Sequence record: NZ_CP010801.1
Source of the DNA: a plasmid
DNA length: 64,000 nt
Reading direction: 5' to 3' (one strand)
Below are positions 1-9,574 of this stretch, piece after piece. How positions within the stretch are numbered: the first letter of the stretch is position 1; each line of letters begins with the position of its first letter. Under the pieces are notes generated by a model that was not told the DNA's origin, did no database searches, and saw only the letters and a list, made by a program, of their open reading frames with translations. The position numbers and the translations under genes were made by a program.

Positions 1-15
1 GGCCTGGCATCTGCC

Positions 16-1248
16 GTGGCCGCCACCCGGGGCCGGCTCACACGCTGGCTTCTGCCGTCGGGCGTTGATGCAGGTGCCTGGTTCATCCTTGTCGGCCGGG
101 CACTGCGCGGTTTTTGCGACGGCTACATCGCCGTGCTGTTGCCGGCATACCTGCTGGCGCTCGGGCTCACCCAGTGGGCCGTCGGGCTCGTTAGCAGCGC
201 CACGCTGATCGGCTCGGCGCTGGCAACGATTCTGGTCGGCATGCTCGGCAGTCGCTTTGCGCCGCGCCGCCTCCTGATGCTGGCGGCCGCCTTGATGGCG
301 GCGACCGGCGTGGGCTTTGCCGGGCTCTCCGATCTCTGGCCGCTGCTGGCCATCGCCTTTGTCGGCACGCTCAACCCCAGTTCAGGCGATGTCAGTGTGT
401 TCCTCCCGCTGGAGCAGGCGCGTCTGGCGGAATCGGCTTTGCCCGATGCCCGTACCGCGCTCTTCGCCCGCTACAGCCTGATCGGGGCGTTTTCCGCCGC
501 CATCGGTGCCTTGGCCGCAGCCCTGCCTGGCTGGCTCGCTACGCATAGCGGCCTGTCTTTCCTGGCGGCGATGCGAGCGATGTTCTTCGTCTACGCATTG
601 ATCGGTGTCGCACTCTGGGTGCTCTATGCGCGTCTGCCTCTGCATCAGCCGCAATCAGGCGGGGCTGCAACTCCACTGGGGCCTTCGCGCGGCATCGTGA
701 TCCGGCTGGCGCTGCTTTTCAGCGTGGATGCGTTTGCGGGCGGCCTGGTGGTCAACGCACTGCTATCGCTGTGGCTGATGCAGCGTTTTGGCCTTTCGCC
801 CGGGGCCGCAGGCCAGTTCTTCTTCTTTGCGGGGCTGCTGACGACGGCGTCCCAGCTCGTCGCCGTGCCCCTCGCGCGCAAGATCGGCTTGCTCAACACG
901 ATGGTGTTCACGCATATCCCGTCCAGCCTCTGCCTGATCGCGGCGGCGTTCGCGCCGTCGCTGGCCTTGACCCTGGGGCTGCTGCTCGTGCGCAGCGCGC
1001 TCTCCCAAATGGATGTGCCGACCCGAACGGCCTACGTGATGGCGGTGGTGACGCCGCCCGAGCGCACCGCCGCGGCAAGCCTGACCTCGGTTCCCAGAAG
1101 CCTGGCCGCTGCCATCAGCCCGACACTGGCCAGCGCGATGCTCGCCGCCGGCTGGATTGGCGCACCGTTGGTGGCCTGCGGCGTCCTGAAAATTGTCTAC
1201 GACCTCGCCATCCTGCGCGGATTTCGGCGCGTCGAACCGCTCAACTGA
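16..1248 (+). CDS. MFS family transporter (12-TM-like hydrophobic profile)
   Basis: 410-aa ORF of repeated hydrophobic segments, GTG start; recognised by family only. Confidence 0.7.
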   Translation: MAATRGRLTRWLLPSGVDAGAWFILVGRALRGFCDGYIAVLLPAYLLALGLTQWAVGLVSSATLIGSALATILVGMLGSRFAPRRLLMLAAALMAATGVGFAGLSDLWPLLAIAFVGTLNPSSGDVSVFLPLEQARLAESALPDARTALFARYSLIGAFSAAIGALAAALPGWLATHSGLSFLAAMRAMFFVYALIGVALWVLYARLPLHQPQSGGAATPLGPSRGIVIRLALLFSVDAFAGGLVVNALLSLWLMQRFGLSPGAAGQFFFFAGLLTTASQLVAVPLARKIGLLNTMVFTHIPSSLCLIAAAFAPSLALTLGLLLVRSALSQMDVPTRTAYVMAVVTPPERTAAASLTSVPRSLAAAISPTLASAMLAAGWIGAPLVACGVLKIVYDLAILRGFRRVEPLN

Positions 1249-1291
1249 CCGAGGCGTTTCCCCGTCCCCCCCCCAACCCTTGGAGTATGAA

Positions 1292-2227
1292 ATGGCTTTG
1301 CGAACACCGATTGCTCTTGCCCTGGCTGCAACCGTCAGCGTCTGTGCCATCGCCCACGCGGCGTCGCCCGCGCAGCGAGCCGCCCTGGATACCGCTCGCA
1401 TCGAACAGGTCACCGGCCTGAAGGGCAGCTTCTCCGAGCGGGAGAACGTCTTCAAGGTGTCGAAGCCGCGCAACGATGTCCCCATCCAAGTGGACGGCGT
1501 GGCCATGCCGCCCTTCATGGGACTGACCTCCTGGGCGGCGTTCACGCCAGCCCATGACGGCCACGCCATGCTGATGGGCGACACCGTGCTCTTCGAGGAT
1601 GAGGTGAACCCGGCCATGAGCGCGGCACTCGACGCCGGGCTGGAGGTCACGGCACTGCACAACCACTTCTTCTTCGACCGGCCTCGGGTGTATTTCATGC
1701 ATATCGGCGGCATGGGCGACCCGGCCGAACTCGCCGCTGGCGTAAAGAAGGTCTACGACAAAATCGCCGAGATTCGTGCGGCGAACCCAGCTCCCGGGAC
1801 GGCGTTTCCCGGCAAGATCGCCAGCGAGAACAAGATCACGCCGGCGCCCTTGGACGCCATTTTTGGGACGAAGGGGCAAGCCAGCAATGGCATGTTCAAG
1901 GTCGTGATCGGTGCCAAGGGCACCATGCACGGTGTGTCCTTCGGCAATGAAATGGGGCTGAACACCTGGGCCGCGTTTGCCGGCACCGATGACGAGGCCG
2001 TGGTGGATGGTGACTTCGCGATGCGCGAAGACGAGCTGCAGCCCGTGCTGAAGTCGATGCGGGCCGATGGCATCAACATCGTGGCCATTCACCAGCACAT
2101 GACGCACGAGCAGCCGCGCTACATGTTCCTGCACTACTGGGGCAAGGGCAAAGCGGTCGACCTGGCAAAGGGCGTGAAGAAAGCCCTGGACGCGCAGGCC
2201 AGCGTGCACAAATCAGTGATGCGGTGA
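1292..2227 (+). CDS. Secreted DUF1259-like (LpqO/LppY-type) protein with two internal repeats
   Basis: ATG at 1292 with GGAG upstream; signal-peptide-like N-terminus (ALALAATVSVCAIAHA); duplicated HNHFFFDRP / HQHMTHEQP motifs. Confidence 0.6.
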   Translation: MALRTPIALALAATVSVCAIAHAASPAQRAALDTARIEQVTGLKGSFSERENVFKVSKPRNDVPIQVDGVAMPPFMGLTSWAAFTPAHDGHAMLMGDTVLFEDEVNPAMSAALDAGLEVTALHNHFFFDRPRVYFMHIGGMGDPAELAAGVKKVYDKIAEIRAANPAPGTAFPGKIASENKITPAPLDAIFGTKGQASNGMFKVVIGAKGTMHGVSFGNEMGLNTWAAFAGTDDEAVVDGDFAMREDELQPVLKSMRADGINIVAIHQHMTHEQPRYMFLHYWGKGKAVDLAKGVKKALDAQASVHKSVMR

Positions 2228-3173
2228 GCGCGGGCCAGCATGTCCGGTCCCCGCGCTTGTCTGCGGTCCTCAAAACTTTGAGAGCCATGCACACCCGATC
2301 GCCGATACTCGAAGGCTGCACGTCATTCAGGTGCGTACTCGCACTTGCCACCCTCGCACTCGGTTTGGCACTTACCGTCAGTGCGGCAACGCAAAGGCCG
2401 GCCGGGACACTGCCGTTGCGACATGTGGGCGACTATCCGTTACCTGGCGCCACGACGCGCTGGGACTACCTCAGCTTGGACCCGACCAGGTCGCGGCTGT
2501 TTGTCGCCCACCTCGGGGATAGCGCGGTGGTTGTCGTGGACACCAAAACCAAAGGGGTGCTGGCCACGATCAGCAACATCCGTCATGTCCATGGCACGTT
2601 GGCCGTTCCGGAGCTCGACCGTGTGTATGCCTCCGCGACGGGGACCGACGAAATCGTGGCAATCGACGCCGCGACGCTGAGAATCGTCGCCCGTATTCCG
2701 GGAGGCATCTATCCTGACGGCGTCGCCTACGCCCCGGAACTCGGCAAGCTGTATGTTTCCGATGAGACCGGTAACACGGAAACGGTAATTGATGCCCGCA
2801 CCAGCCAGCGAATAACGACGATCGCGCTGGGCGGCGCCGTTGGGAACACGCAGTATGACCCGGTTTCGAAGCACATCCTCGTCAACGTCCAGGGACGGGG
2901 GATCTTGGCCGAGATCGACCCGCGCACCGATCAAGTCGTGGATCGCATCCCATTGCCCGGTGCCGAAGGAAACCATGGGCTGCTGATCGTGCCCAAGCTG
3001 CGACTGGCGTTTATCGCGTGCGAGGGCGACAGTCGCTTGCTGGTGTTGAGCCTGAACACCAGACAGGTGGTTGCAAGCTTCGGGGTTGGACAGACGCCCG
3101 ACGTCGTGGCCTACGACGCGGCGCTCGGATGGTTGTATGTCGCTAGCGAATCCGGCGTCTTGACGATCTTTAA
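2224..3173 (+). pseudogene. YncE-like YVTN beta-propeller protein, 5' part, interrupted by transposon insertion at 3173/3174
   Basis: The ORF reads straight into the 38-bp Tn21-type IR, so the last 12 codons and the stop are IR-encoded. The in-frame continuation is found at 43763. Confidence 0.7.
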
Positions 3174-3211
3174 GGGGTCGTCTCAGAAAACGGAAAATAA
3201 AGCACGCTAAG
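3174..3211 (+). repeat. 38-bp Tn21/Tn501-family terminal inverted repeat (left outer end)
   Basis: GGGG...ACGCTAAG matches the Tn21-family IR consensus; identical to the copy at 43725-43762. Confidence 0.85.
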
Positions 3212-3764
3212 CGTGCGTGGAGGCTGGCACCCAGCGGTACAGCGTCGGAATGGACACGCCGAGGTTCTTGGCCACGTCCTTGGGCGGCACCCCGCTGGCC
3301 AGCAGCTTCTTGGCCGACTCGATCTTGCTGTCGGTCATCTTCGGCTTGCGGCCGCCTTTGCGGCCGAGCTGCTTGGCGACTTCCAGCCCGGCGCGGGTGC
3401 GCTCGACGGTCAGCTCGCGCTCCATTTCGGCAAGGCTCGCCATGACGTGGAAGAAGAACCGCCCGGATGGTGTGCCGGTGTCGATGGAGTCGGTGAGGCT
3501 CCTGAACTGGACACCGTGCTTGTGCAGATCGCCGACCAGATCGACCAGTTGCTTGACCGACCGGCCCAGCCGGTCGAGCTTCCAGACGACCAAAGTATCG
3601 CCTTCGCGCAGCATTTCGAGCGTCTTGGCCAAGCCAGGCCGGTCTGCCCGCGTGCCACTCACCTTGTCCTCGAAGACCTTTTTACATCCGGCCTTGCTCA
3701 AGGCTTCGCGTTGCAGCTCCAGGTTCTGATCCTGCGTCGAGACGCGCGCATAGCCAATCAACAT
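3207..3764 (-). CDS. tnpR: Serine recombinase / resolvase (TnpR-like), stop codon inside the IR
   Basis: N-terminal GYARVSTQDQ catalytic-serine motif and a C-terminal HTH; 185 aa. Confidence 0.85.
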   Translation of the reverse strand: MLIGYARVSTQDQNLELQREALSKAGCKKVFEDKVSGTRADRPGLAKTLEMLREGDTLVVWKLDRLGRSVKQLVDLVGDLHKHGVQFRSLTDSIDTGTPSGRFFFHVMASLAEMERELTVERTRAGLEVAKQLGRKGGRKPKMTDSKIESAKKLLASGVPPKDVAKNLGVSIPTLYRWVPASTHA

Positions 3765-4129
3765 GGCTTGTCTCGCGCCCGGTCGATGCGTTCCTGCATC
3801 GCCTGCATCACTTCTTCGTGGGTGTACGATCTGGCGTTGGCGTCGGTGGCTTGCCGCAGGGCTTCCTCAACCTCGCGCGTCATCCGCTCGTAATCCTCCG
3901 GCCACAGCGCTTGCTCCATGCGCAGCGACGCCTGACCCAGCAGGTGCAGCAGGCTGAACAGCCGCATGTCGTTGGTGGCGACGATGCGCTCCCGAATCTG
4001 CTCCTGAATAGCTTCGCTAGCCCGATGCGCTTGTGGTGTGGCAGTCCCCTCGTAGTCAGCGGGGAATTCCGCTTCCTCGGCAATCCTTGCCCAGGCGCTG
4101 GCCAGCGCCTCGATGGTTGACGTGCTCAT
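3758..4129 (-). CDS. Hypothetical protein, translationally coupled to the resolvase gene
   Basis: Start MSTSTIEAL; overlaps the neighbouring genes by 4-7 nt; no family recognised. Confidence 0.45.
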   Translation of the reverse strand: MSTSTIEALASAWARIAEEAEFPADYEGTATPQAHRASEAIQEQIRERIVATNDMRLFSLLHLLGQASLRMEQALWPEDYERMTREVEEALRQATDANARSYTHEEVMQAMQERIDRARDKPC

Positions 4130-4638
4130 TTCCGCCGCTCCTGTGCTCTTTGGCGAATCAACCGGCCAAGGGGCCTCGACGCGAAAACCAGCAGCATCAC
4201 GCCTATCGGATACCAGGTCGAGAAGACCACCAAGGCATCGAAGGCTGGCCGTCCGGTGTTGGTAGGCAGTACGGCGGTCACAGCCATCAACCCGCCGACC
4301 GTCCAGATGATGCGCCACACGTAGGGCATCACGCGGGGCACGTAGCCGTCATCGAAAGCGGTCTGGTAGTAGCGGCGCAGGCCGCGCTCGGCAAGCGCCT
4401 GGCGCTGCCGCTCCGACAGCGCATCCGTCCGGCCATACCAGCGCCGGAATGGTGGACAGCGCAGCAGCAAAGGGGTGAAGAGGATCATCACCGCCACGAT
4501 CGCGACACCCCACGCCATGACGGCGCCGGCATCGGGCCGCTTGGCGTTCTCGATCACGGGCGCGAAGACGCCCGGAGCACCGATCATCCAGAACAGCGCA
4601 ATGTGCTGATGGAAGGAGAGCTTCATTTGCTCATCCAC
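4126..4638 (-). CDS. Hypothetical membrane protein (about 4 TM segments)
   Basis: Hydrophobic segments; ATGA overlap with the downstream gene. Confidence 0.5.
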   Translation of the reverse strand: MDEQMKLSFHQHIALFWMIGAPGVFAPVIENAKRPDAGAVMAWGVAIVAVMILFTPLLLRCPPFRRWYGRTDALSERQRQALAERGLRRYYQTAFDDGYVPRVMPYVWRIIWTVGGLMAVTAVLPTNTGRPAFDALVVFSTWYPIGVMLLVFASRPLGRLIRQRAQERRK

Positions 4639-4949
4639 TTGCGCAGCAGGCGCTTTTTCAGGGAGGCGCGTTCTTGCGGGTTGCGTCCCTTGTGATTGGC
4701 GATGCGATCCGCCGTGGCGGCCTGGCGCTTGACGGGCCAGTAGGAGCGGCCATCCTTGCCCATCGACCAGACGCTGCTGGCCTGGTTTTCCAGCAGGGGC
4801 AGATGGGCGCTCAGGGCTTCGGGCGACGCGCTGGTCAGCGCCGTGCGCTCACGGGTGCGCCAGCGCTGATGCCAGAGCTTCTTGTCCTCGCGCTCGCTGC
4901 CGCAGGTCGTGTGCCCGACGATGGGTGTTTTGCGGCGGCTGCGGCTCAT
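4623..4949 (-). CDS. Hypothetical basic protein (108 aa)
   Basis: First gene of a co-directional overlapping operon that ends in tnpR. Confidence 0.45.
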   Translation of the reverse strand: MSRSRRKTPIVGHTTCGSEREDKKLWHQRWRTRERTALTSASPEALSAHLPLLENQASSVWSMGKDGRSYWPVKRQAATADRIANHKGRNPQERASLKKRLLRKWMSK

Positions 4950-5203
4950 AACGTAGTGGTCTCCAAGAACATTCAGGACTGATCCCAGGCGTCGATGGTC
5001 AAGACCTGATCGGCAGGACAGGCGGCTACGCGGTCGGGAACTGGATGGTGTTCAGTCTCATGCCGACCCCATTCGATTGATCGCGTCGCTTGCGGCACGC
5101 TGCGACGCAAGGAGGTTTGCGACCTGGTTTAGCAGCCGTGTCCGCTGCATGTCTGTTACCTATCTCCCCGACCGCTCATTGGACCAACTCCAGAGATTGG
5201 GCT

Positions 5204-5578
5204 CTATCGCTCAGCCAATACGAAACCGGCATTGGCTGATGCCACAACCGAGACGAACACAAATGGCTCGGTACCTGTATTTCGCGCCCCGTGCACTTGG
5301 CCCGGTCTTGCCACGGCTATCTCACCTTCCCTGAGGGCACGAACAATCCCATTGCCCTGAAAGTAATCAGCCATTCCCGACAAAACAGTCCACGTGTCTT
5401 GGCCGTGAGGATGAATGTGAGCCGCAATTTCCTGCCCGGGATGGACATGCCAAACCACGATAATTGAGTCTCGGGTTTCAAGCACAACGGAACGAATAGG
5501 CTCGCCTTCGGACGGCTGAACATACTCGGCTACAGAAAATATTCTCGATTCAACAGTCATCGGAGATCCCTCTTTCAC
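5204..5578 (-). CDS. Cupin-domain protein
   Basis: Two His-containing cupin motifs (HVHPGQEIAAHIHPHGQ ... GQVHGARN). Confidence 0.6.
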   Translation of the reverse strand: MKEGSPMTVESRIFSVAEYVQPSEGEPIRSVVLETRDSIIVVWHVHPGQEIAAHIHPHGQDTWTVLSGMADYFQGNGIVRALREGEIAVARPGQVHGARNTGTEPFVFVSVVASANAGFVLAER

Positions 5579-5796
5579 AGTGCCCCCAGACAGGCTGGAT
5601 ATGAGTTCTAACTCGAATTTGAACGGGAGGCTGGTCGTGCGGTCGTGCAGTTGCCGATGAGCGTGTCGGCTGCTGCCTCCTTGCCCACCAGCGAACTCAC
5701 GTCCGTTGCGGCCATCCAGAAGGTCTTGCCCGAGCGCGGCTCATAGGTCGCGGGATCGAACACGCCAGAGGGGCCGAACATCGGCGGCTTGATTGG

Positions 5797-6183
5797 TCAT
5801 GGCTCCATGCCTTTGTCGTTACGGTCTTCATCGTCGGCATCCTGACGCACGGCGGGCAATTGCTGGAGCAACGCCGGCAGCCATTCCTGTACCGTCTCCC
5901 ACACCACATCGAGGTTGATGTCGAAATAGCCGTGAGCCATGCGATTACGCATATTGCGCATGCTGCGCCACGGCACGTCGGCATGCGCCTGGGTGAACTC
6001 GACGTAGCCATCCATCACCTTTGTGGCCGCCTCGCCGATGACGATCAGGCTCATGATGACGGCCTGCTGGGTGCGCTTGTCGGCCAAGAAGTCGTCCTTG
6101 GCCATCCCTTCCACGAAGCTGCGCGCATCGGTTGCGGCCTGCTGAATGTGGTCGAGGTAATCGGGCAGGCGGTTCTCGCTCAT
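5797..6183 (-). CDS. hepT: HepT-like HEPN toxin (DUF86)
   Basis: R-x4-HxY HEPN motif (RNRMAHGY); overlaps the upstream MntA gene by 4 nt. Confidence 0.7.
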   Translation of the reverse strand: MSENRLPDYLDHIQQAATDARSFVEGMAKDDFLADKRTQQAVIMSLIVIGEAATKVMDGYVEFTQAHADVPWRSMRNMRNRMAHGYFDINLDVVWETVQEWLPALLQQLPAVRQDADDEDRNDKGMEP

Positions 6184-6476
6184 ATCGGTTGCGCCTCCGC
6201 GAGCACCTTGGCCCGGAACTTCGGCGGCAGGTCGCCGGGAGTCAGCAGATCGACGTCAACGCCGAGCAGCGATTTCAGTTCTTCTTCCAAATCGCCCAAG
6301 TCCAACAACGTGGCACCGGGCAGCGCATCGACCAACAGGTCGAGGTCGCTGCCATCCCGGTCGGTGCCATGCAGCACCGAGCCGAAGACGCGCGGGTTCG
6401 CGGCGCGAAAGCGGCCTACCGCTTCACGCACTGCGCTTCGCTTCATGTCAAGCACAACAGACGGTCGCATGCGCAT
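6180..6476 (-). CDS. mntA: MntA-like nucleotidyltransferase antitoxin
   Basis: GS-x9-DxD nucleotidyltransferase motif (GSVLHGTDRDGSDLDLLV). Confidence 0.7.
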   Translation of the reverse strand: MRMRPSVVLDMKRSAVREAVGRFRAANPRVFGSVLHGTDRDGSDLDLLVDALPGATLLDLGDLEEELKSLLGVDVDLLTPGDLPPKFRAKVLAEAQPI

Positions 6477-6647
6477 CCTTTCTTATCGAAACTCGTTGAG
6501 ATGATATGCAATCAAGAATAGAATTTCAAGAACTATTTTCGAGAATCGCAATGCCTTGATTCCCGTGCCGCGCCTGTGAATTTCACCCGCTCGACGAGCG
6601 CAACACCGACGCCGCCTACGCCAAGAACCGGCGAATCGACCTCAAAC

Positions 6648-7490
6648 TCACGAACCGCTGAGCGACGCGTCACCGCGCTGCTGCGCCAGCCAGTCGCGCG
6701 GGGCGCAGCCCATGCGCACGCGGAAGGCGCGCGCCAACGCGTTCGGGCTGCCGTAGCCGACGCGGTCGGCCACCACCGCCACCGGACGCCCCTGCTTGAG
6801 CAGGGTGCAACTGACGTTCATCCGCCAGTCGGCCAGATAGTCGCCCGGCGTGACGCCCACCGCGTCTTTGAACGCGGCGGCGAAGCGCGCGCGTGACATG
6901 CCCGCCTGCGCCGCCAGCGCCTCGAGCGACCACGCGGTCTGCGGCGCATCGTGCATGGCGGTTATGGCGCGCGCGAGTTTCGGGTCGGCCAGTCCCGCCA
7001 GCAGTCCGGTGGCGCCAAGCCGCCCATCCATCAGATAACGCAGCAACTGGATCAGTAGCAACTCGCACAAGCGGTCGATGGCGGCCTGCCGACCGCACTG
7101 GTCGCGCTCGGCTTCGGCAAACAGCAGCTCTAGCGTCGGCCCGAGGCCGGGCAAGTCCGCCAGCGGAATCAGCAGCATCGACGGCAAGGCCATGGCCAAC
7201 GGATTGCCCGTCGAAGCGCCCAGATCGACCTCCGCACACAACAGCTCAGCGGTATCGCCGGGGGCGGCGACAAAACGATGCGACGCCACGCGCGGATAAA
7301 ACAGCAGGCTCGGCTCGGTAACCAGCAGATCTTCATGCACGGGCGAACGCGCCGTAATCGGGCCGCGCCGCACCAGATGGATATAGCCATGCGGCGCCGC
7401 GTAATGATGCTGCTCACAGAAGGCGCCGCTGTGAAAAACGCGCGCCGAAAGCGAGTAGTGCCGGAGCAAGCCGGCCAGTCGATCCGCCAT
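6648..7490 (-). CDS. AraC-family transcriptional regulator
   Basis: C-terminal AraC HTH pair; start chosen at the ATG with GGAGAG upstream (an alternative ATG lies at 7502). Confidence 0.7.
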   Translation of the reverse strand: MADRLAGLLRHYSLSARVFHSGAFCEQHHYAAPHGYIHLVRRGPITARSPVHEDLLVTEPSLLFYPRVASHRFVAAPGDTAELLCAEVDLGASTGNPLAMALPSMLLIPLADLPGLGPTLELLFAEAERDQCGRQAAIDRLCELLLIQLLRYLMDGRLGATGLLAGLADPKLARAITAMHDAPQTAWSLEALAAQAGMSRARFAAAFKDAVGVTPGDYLADWRMNVSCTLLKQGRPVAVVADRVGYGSPNALARAFRVRMGCAPRDWLAQQRGDASLSGS

Positions 7491-7607
7491 TCCACTCTCC
7501 ATATAAGACGATAGGTTACGTATTTGATACTTTACGTGCCATATCGTACCAAACAAAGGGCGATCATGCCCACTTGCTCTTGCACCTCACCCACTACGGA
7601 GATAGAC

Positions 7608-8141
7608 ATGACCCAAATCGCCCCCCTGACCATCGACACCGCTGACGCCGCTACCGCTGCCACACTCAAGGCCGTCAAAGCCAAGCTCGGCATGGTGCCG
7701 AACCTGCTCGCCACGCTGGCCCACGCGCCGGCAGCGCTCAACGGCTACCTCGGCCTGTCCGAAACGCTGGGCACCGGCCGCCTGAGTGCCACCCAGCGCG
7801 AGATCGTTGCGCTGGCTGCCGGTCAAGCCAATCGCTGCCAGTACTGCCTGAGCGCACACACCCTGATCGGCAAAGGTGCCGGACTGTCGGCAGAGGCCAT
7901 CGCCGCGGCCCGCACCGGCCAGGCGGCCAACGCACTTGACGATGCAATTGCCGGCTTTGCCCGCGCGCTGGTCGAGCAACGCGGCGTGGTGTCGGCCGAC
8001 GCCATGGCCAACTACCGCCGCGCGGGGCTCGACGACGGCCTGATACTGGAAGTGATCGCCAACATCGCGCTGAACACGCTCACCAACTACACCAACCACA
8101 TCGCCGACACCACGGTGGATTTCCCCGTGGTCGCCGTCTGA
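7608..8141 (+). CDS. AhpD-like / carboxymuconolactone decarboxylase family protein
   Basis: NRCQYCLSAH CxxC-containing AhpD-type motif; GGAGA RBS; divergent from the AraC gene. Confidence 0.7.
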   Translation: MTQIAPLTIDTADAATAATLKAVKAKLGMVPNLLATLAHAPAALNGYLGLSETLGTGRLSATQREIVALAAGQANRCQYCLSAHTLIGKGAGLSAEAIAAARTGQAANALDDAIAGFARALVEQRGVVSADAMANYRRAGLDDGLILEVIANIALNTLTNYTNHIADTTVDFPVVAV

Positions 8142-8252
8142 TCTCCATAGGCATATAAGGAGAACACAACGAAAATCGCACTCACCGGCGCTCTGCTCGC
8201 CAGCGCCCTCGTCCTGCCACTGGCCGTCACGGCCGGCGACTTTTCGCCCTAT

Positions 8253-8717
8253 GTGGACAGCCAGGGCGGCATCAGCCGCCCCACAGACTTCCGCACAAAC
8301 TTCGTCCACCTGGGCTCATATGCGGTGTTGGACGAAAAATCCGCCTCTCGCGGCCTGCACGATGTGTACACCGAAAAGGCCTCGGCCGAGCACTACCGCA
8401 AGACCGGCAAGTTCTTGGACGGCGCCACGCTGGTGAAAGAGATCCGCAAGCTCGAAACCAGCGCCATGACCACTGGCAACCCTGTGGTCTGGGGTTCCGA
8501 TGCGGCCGTGTGGTTCGTGATGGTCAAGGACGCCAAAGGCCGTTTCGCCAGCAACCCCTTGTGGGGCGACGGCTGGGGCTGGGCGCTGTTCAAGGCCGAC
8601 GCCCCCGCCAAGAATGTCGCCGTCAGCTACGAAGCCGACTGCATGGGCTGCCATGTGCCGGCGGCCAAGACCGACCGCGTATTCATCCAGGGCTATCCGA
8701 CACTGACCCAGCACTGA
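8253..8717 (+). CDS. Cytochrome P460-like haem protein (C-terminal CMGCH); the true start is probably upstream
   Basis: CxxCH near the C-terminus. An in-frame signal-peptide-like stretch with AAGGAG lies at 8157, but no canonical start codon is visible there. Confidence 0.55.
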   Translation: MDSQGGISRPTDFRTNFVHLGSYAVLDEKSASRGLHDVYTEKASAEHYRKTGKFLDGATLVKEIRKLETSAMTTGNPVVWGSDAAVWFVMVKDAKGRFASNPLWGDGWGWALFKADAPAKNVAVSYEADCMGCHVPAAKTDRVFIQGYPTLTQH

Positions 8718-8790
8718 CTTGCTGCCGGGTTACGCTTCGCGCAGGATGGCACCTCCGTCCTGCGCGAGCCACCCTTTCCGGAAGCGCGCC

Positions 8791-9391
8791 ATGCCGACAC
8801 TCGACGCCTTTCTGACCGACGTCCGCGCCTGCACGCGCTGCGCACCGCATCTGCCACACGGCGTGCAGCCGGTCTTCCAGTTTCACCCGAGTGCGCCCAT
8901 CCTCATCGCCGGCCAAGCACCGGGGGCCCGGGTCCATGCCTCAGGCGTGCCCTTCGACGACGCCAGCGGCGCGCGTCTGCGCGCCTGGCTGGGCGTGGAC
9001 CGCGACACCTTCTACGACCCTACCCGCATCGCCATTCTGCCCATGGGCTTCTGTTATCCGGGCACCGGCAAAAGCGGTGACCTGCCGCTACGCCCGGAGT
9101 GCGCCCCCCGCCTGGCGCGAAGCCTTCATGCAGCGTTTCGAGCGCCTGTCGCTGGTCATCGTGCTGGGCAGCTACGCCATGGACTACCACCTCGGTACTG
9201 GCAAGACGCCGCTCACCCGGGTGGTCGAAGCCTGGCGCGAGCACTGGCCGCAAGCGTTCCCCCTGCCTCACCCTAGCCCGCGCAACAATCGCTGGCTGGT
9301 GCGCAACCCCTGGTTCCAACAAGACGTGCTGCCCGCGCTGCAAGCACGCGTCCAGGCAGTCCTCACCGCCAACCCCAAGGAAACCCCATGA
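8791..9391 (+). pseudogene. Uracil-DNA glycosylase superfamily (family 4-like) gene with a frameshift in a C6 run near 9105
   Basis: GQAPG and ILPMGFCYPG motifs sit in one frame, and the C-terminal half continues in the ORF at 8891..9391. The shift falls in the gcgccccccgcc homopolymer. Confidence 0.55.
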
Positions 9392-9574
9392 CCGACGACA
9401 CCGCCGCCATTACCGAGCTGCTGCACAAGTACTACGACACCCTGGCCTGGGCGAACGGAGACAGGCACCGGCTTTGGAGCGATGAACGACGGCTTCAGGT
9501 GCGGTAGCTGACGCCTGGGACCTCAATCACCGTATGACCGGGTCGAAAGCGGTCCTTTCTCTGACAACATCGCC

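Noticed and set aside
763-2209. Long antisense ORFs (763..1713, 1241..2209 minus) opposite the MFS and DUF1259 genes
   Set aside because: Arg/Gly/His-rich translations typical of the non-coding strand of high-GC genes. They have no start context, and the sense-strand genes have clear features.
5640-5800. Possible gene fragment (GPSGVFDPATYEPRSGKTFW...) on the minus strand between the cupin and HepT genes
   Set aside because: Only ~60 codons with no start, and stops in neighbouring frames. It may be a remnant, but there is too little to assign.
6576-7514. Multiple overlapping ORFs (6670..7239, 6893..7321, 7169..7495 and others) around the AraC gene
   Set aside because: Alternative frames of the same GC-rich segment with low-complexity Arg/Ala/Pro composition. 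Only the AraC frame has a recognisable HTH domain.
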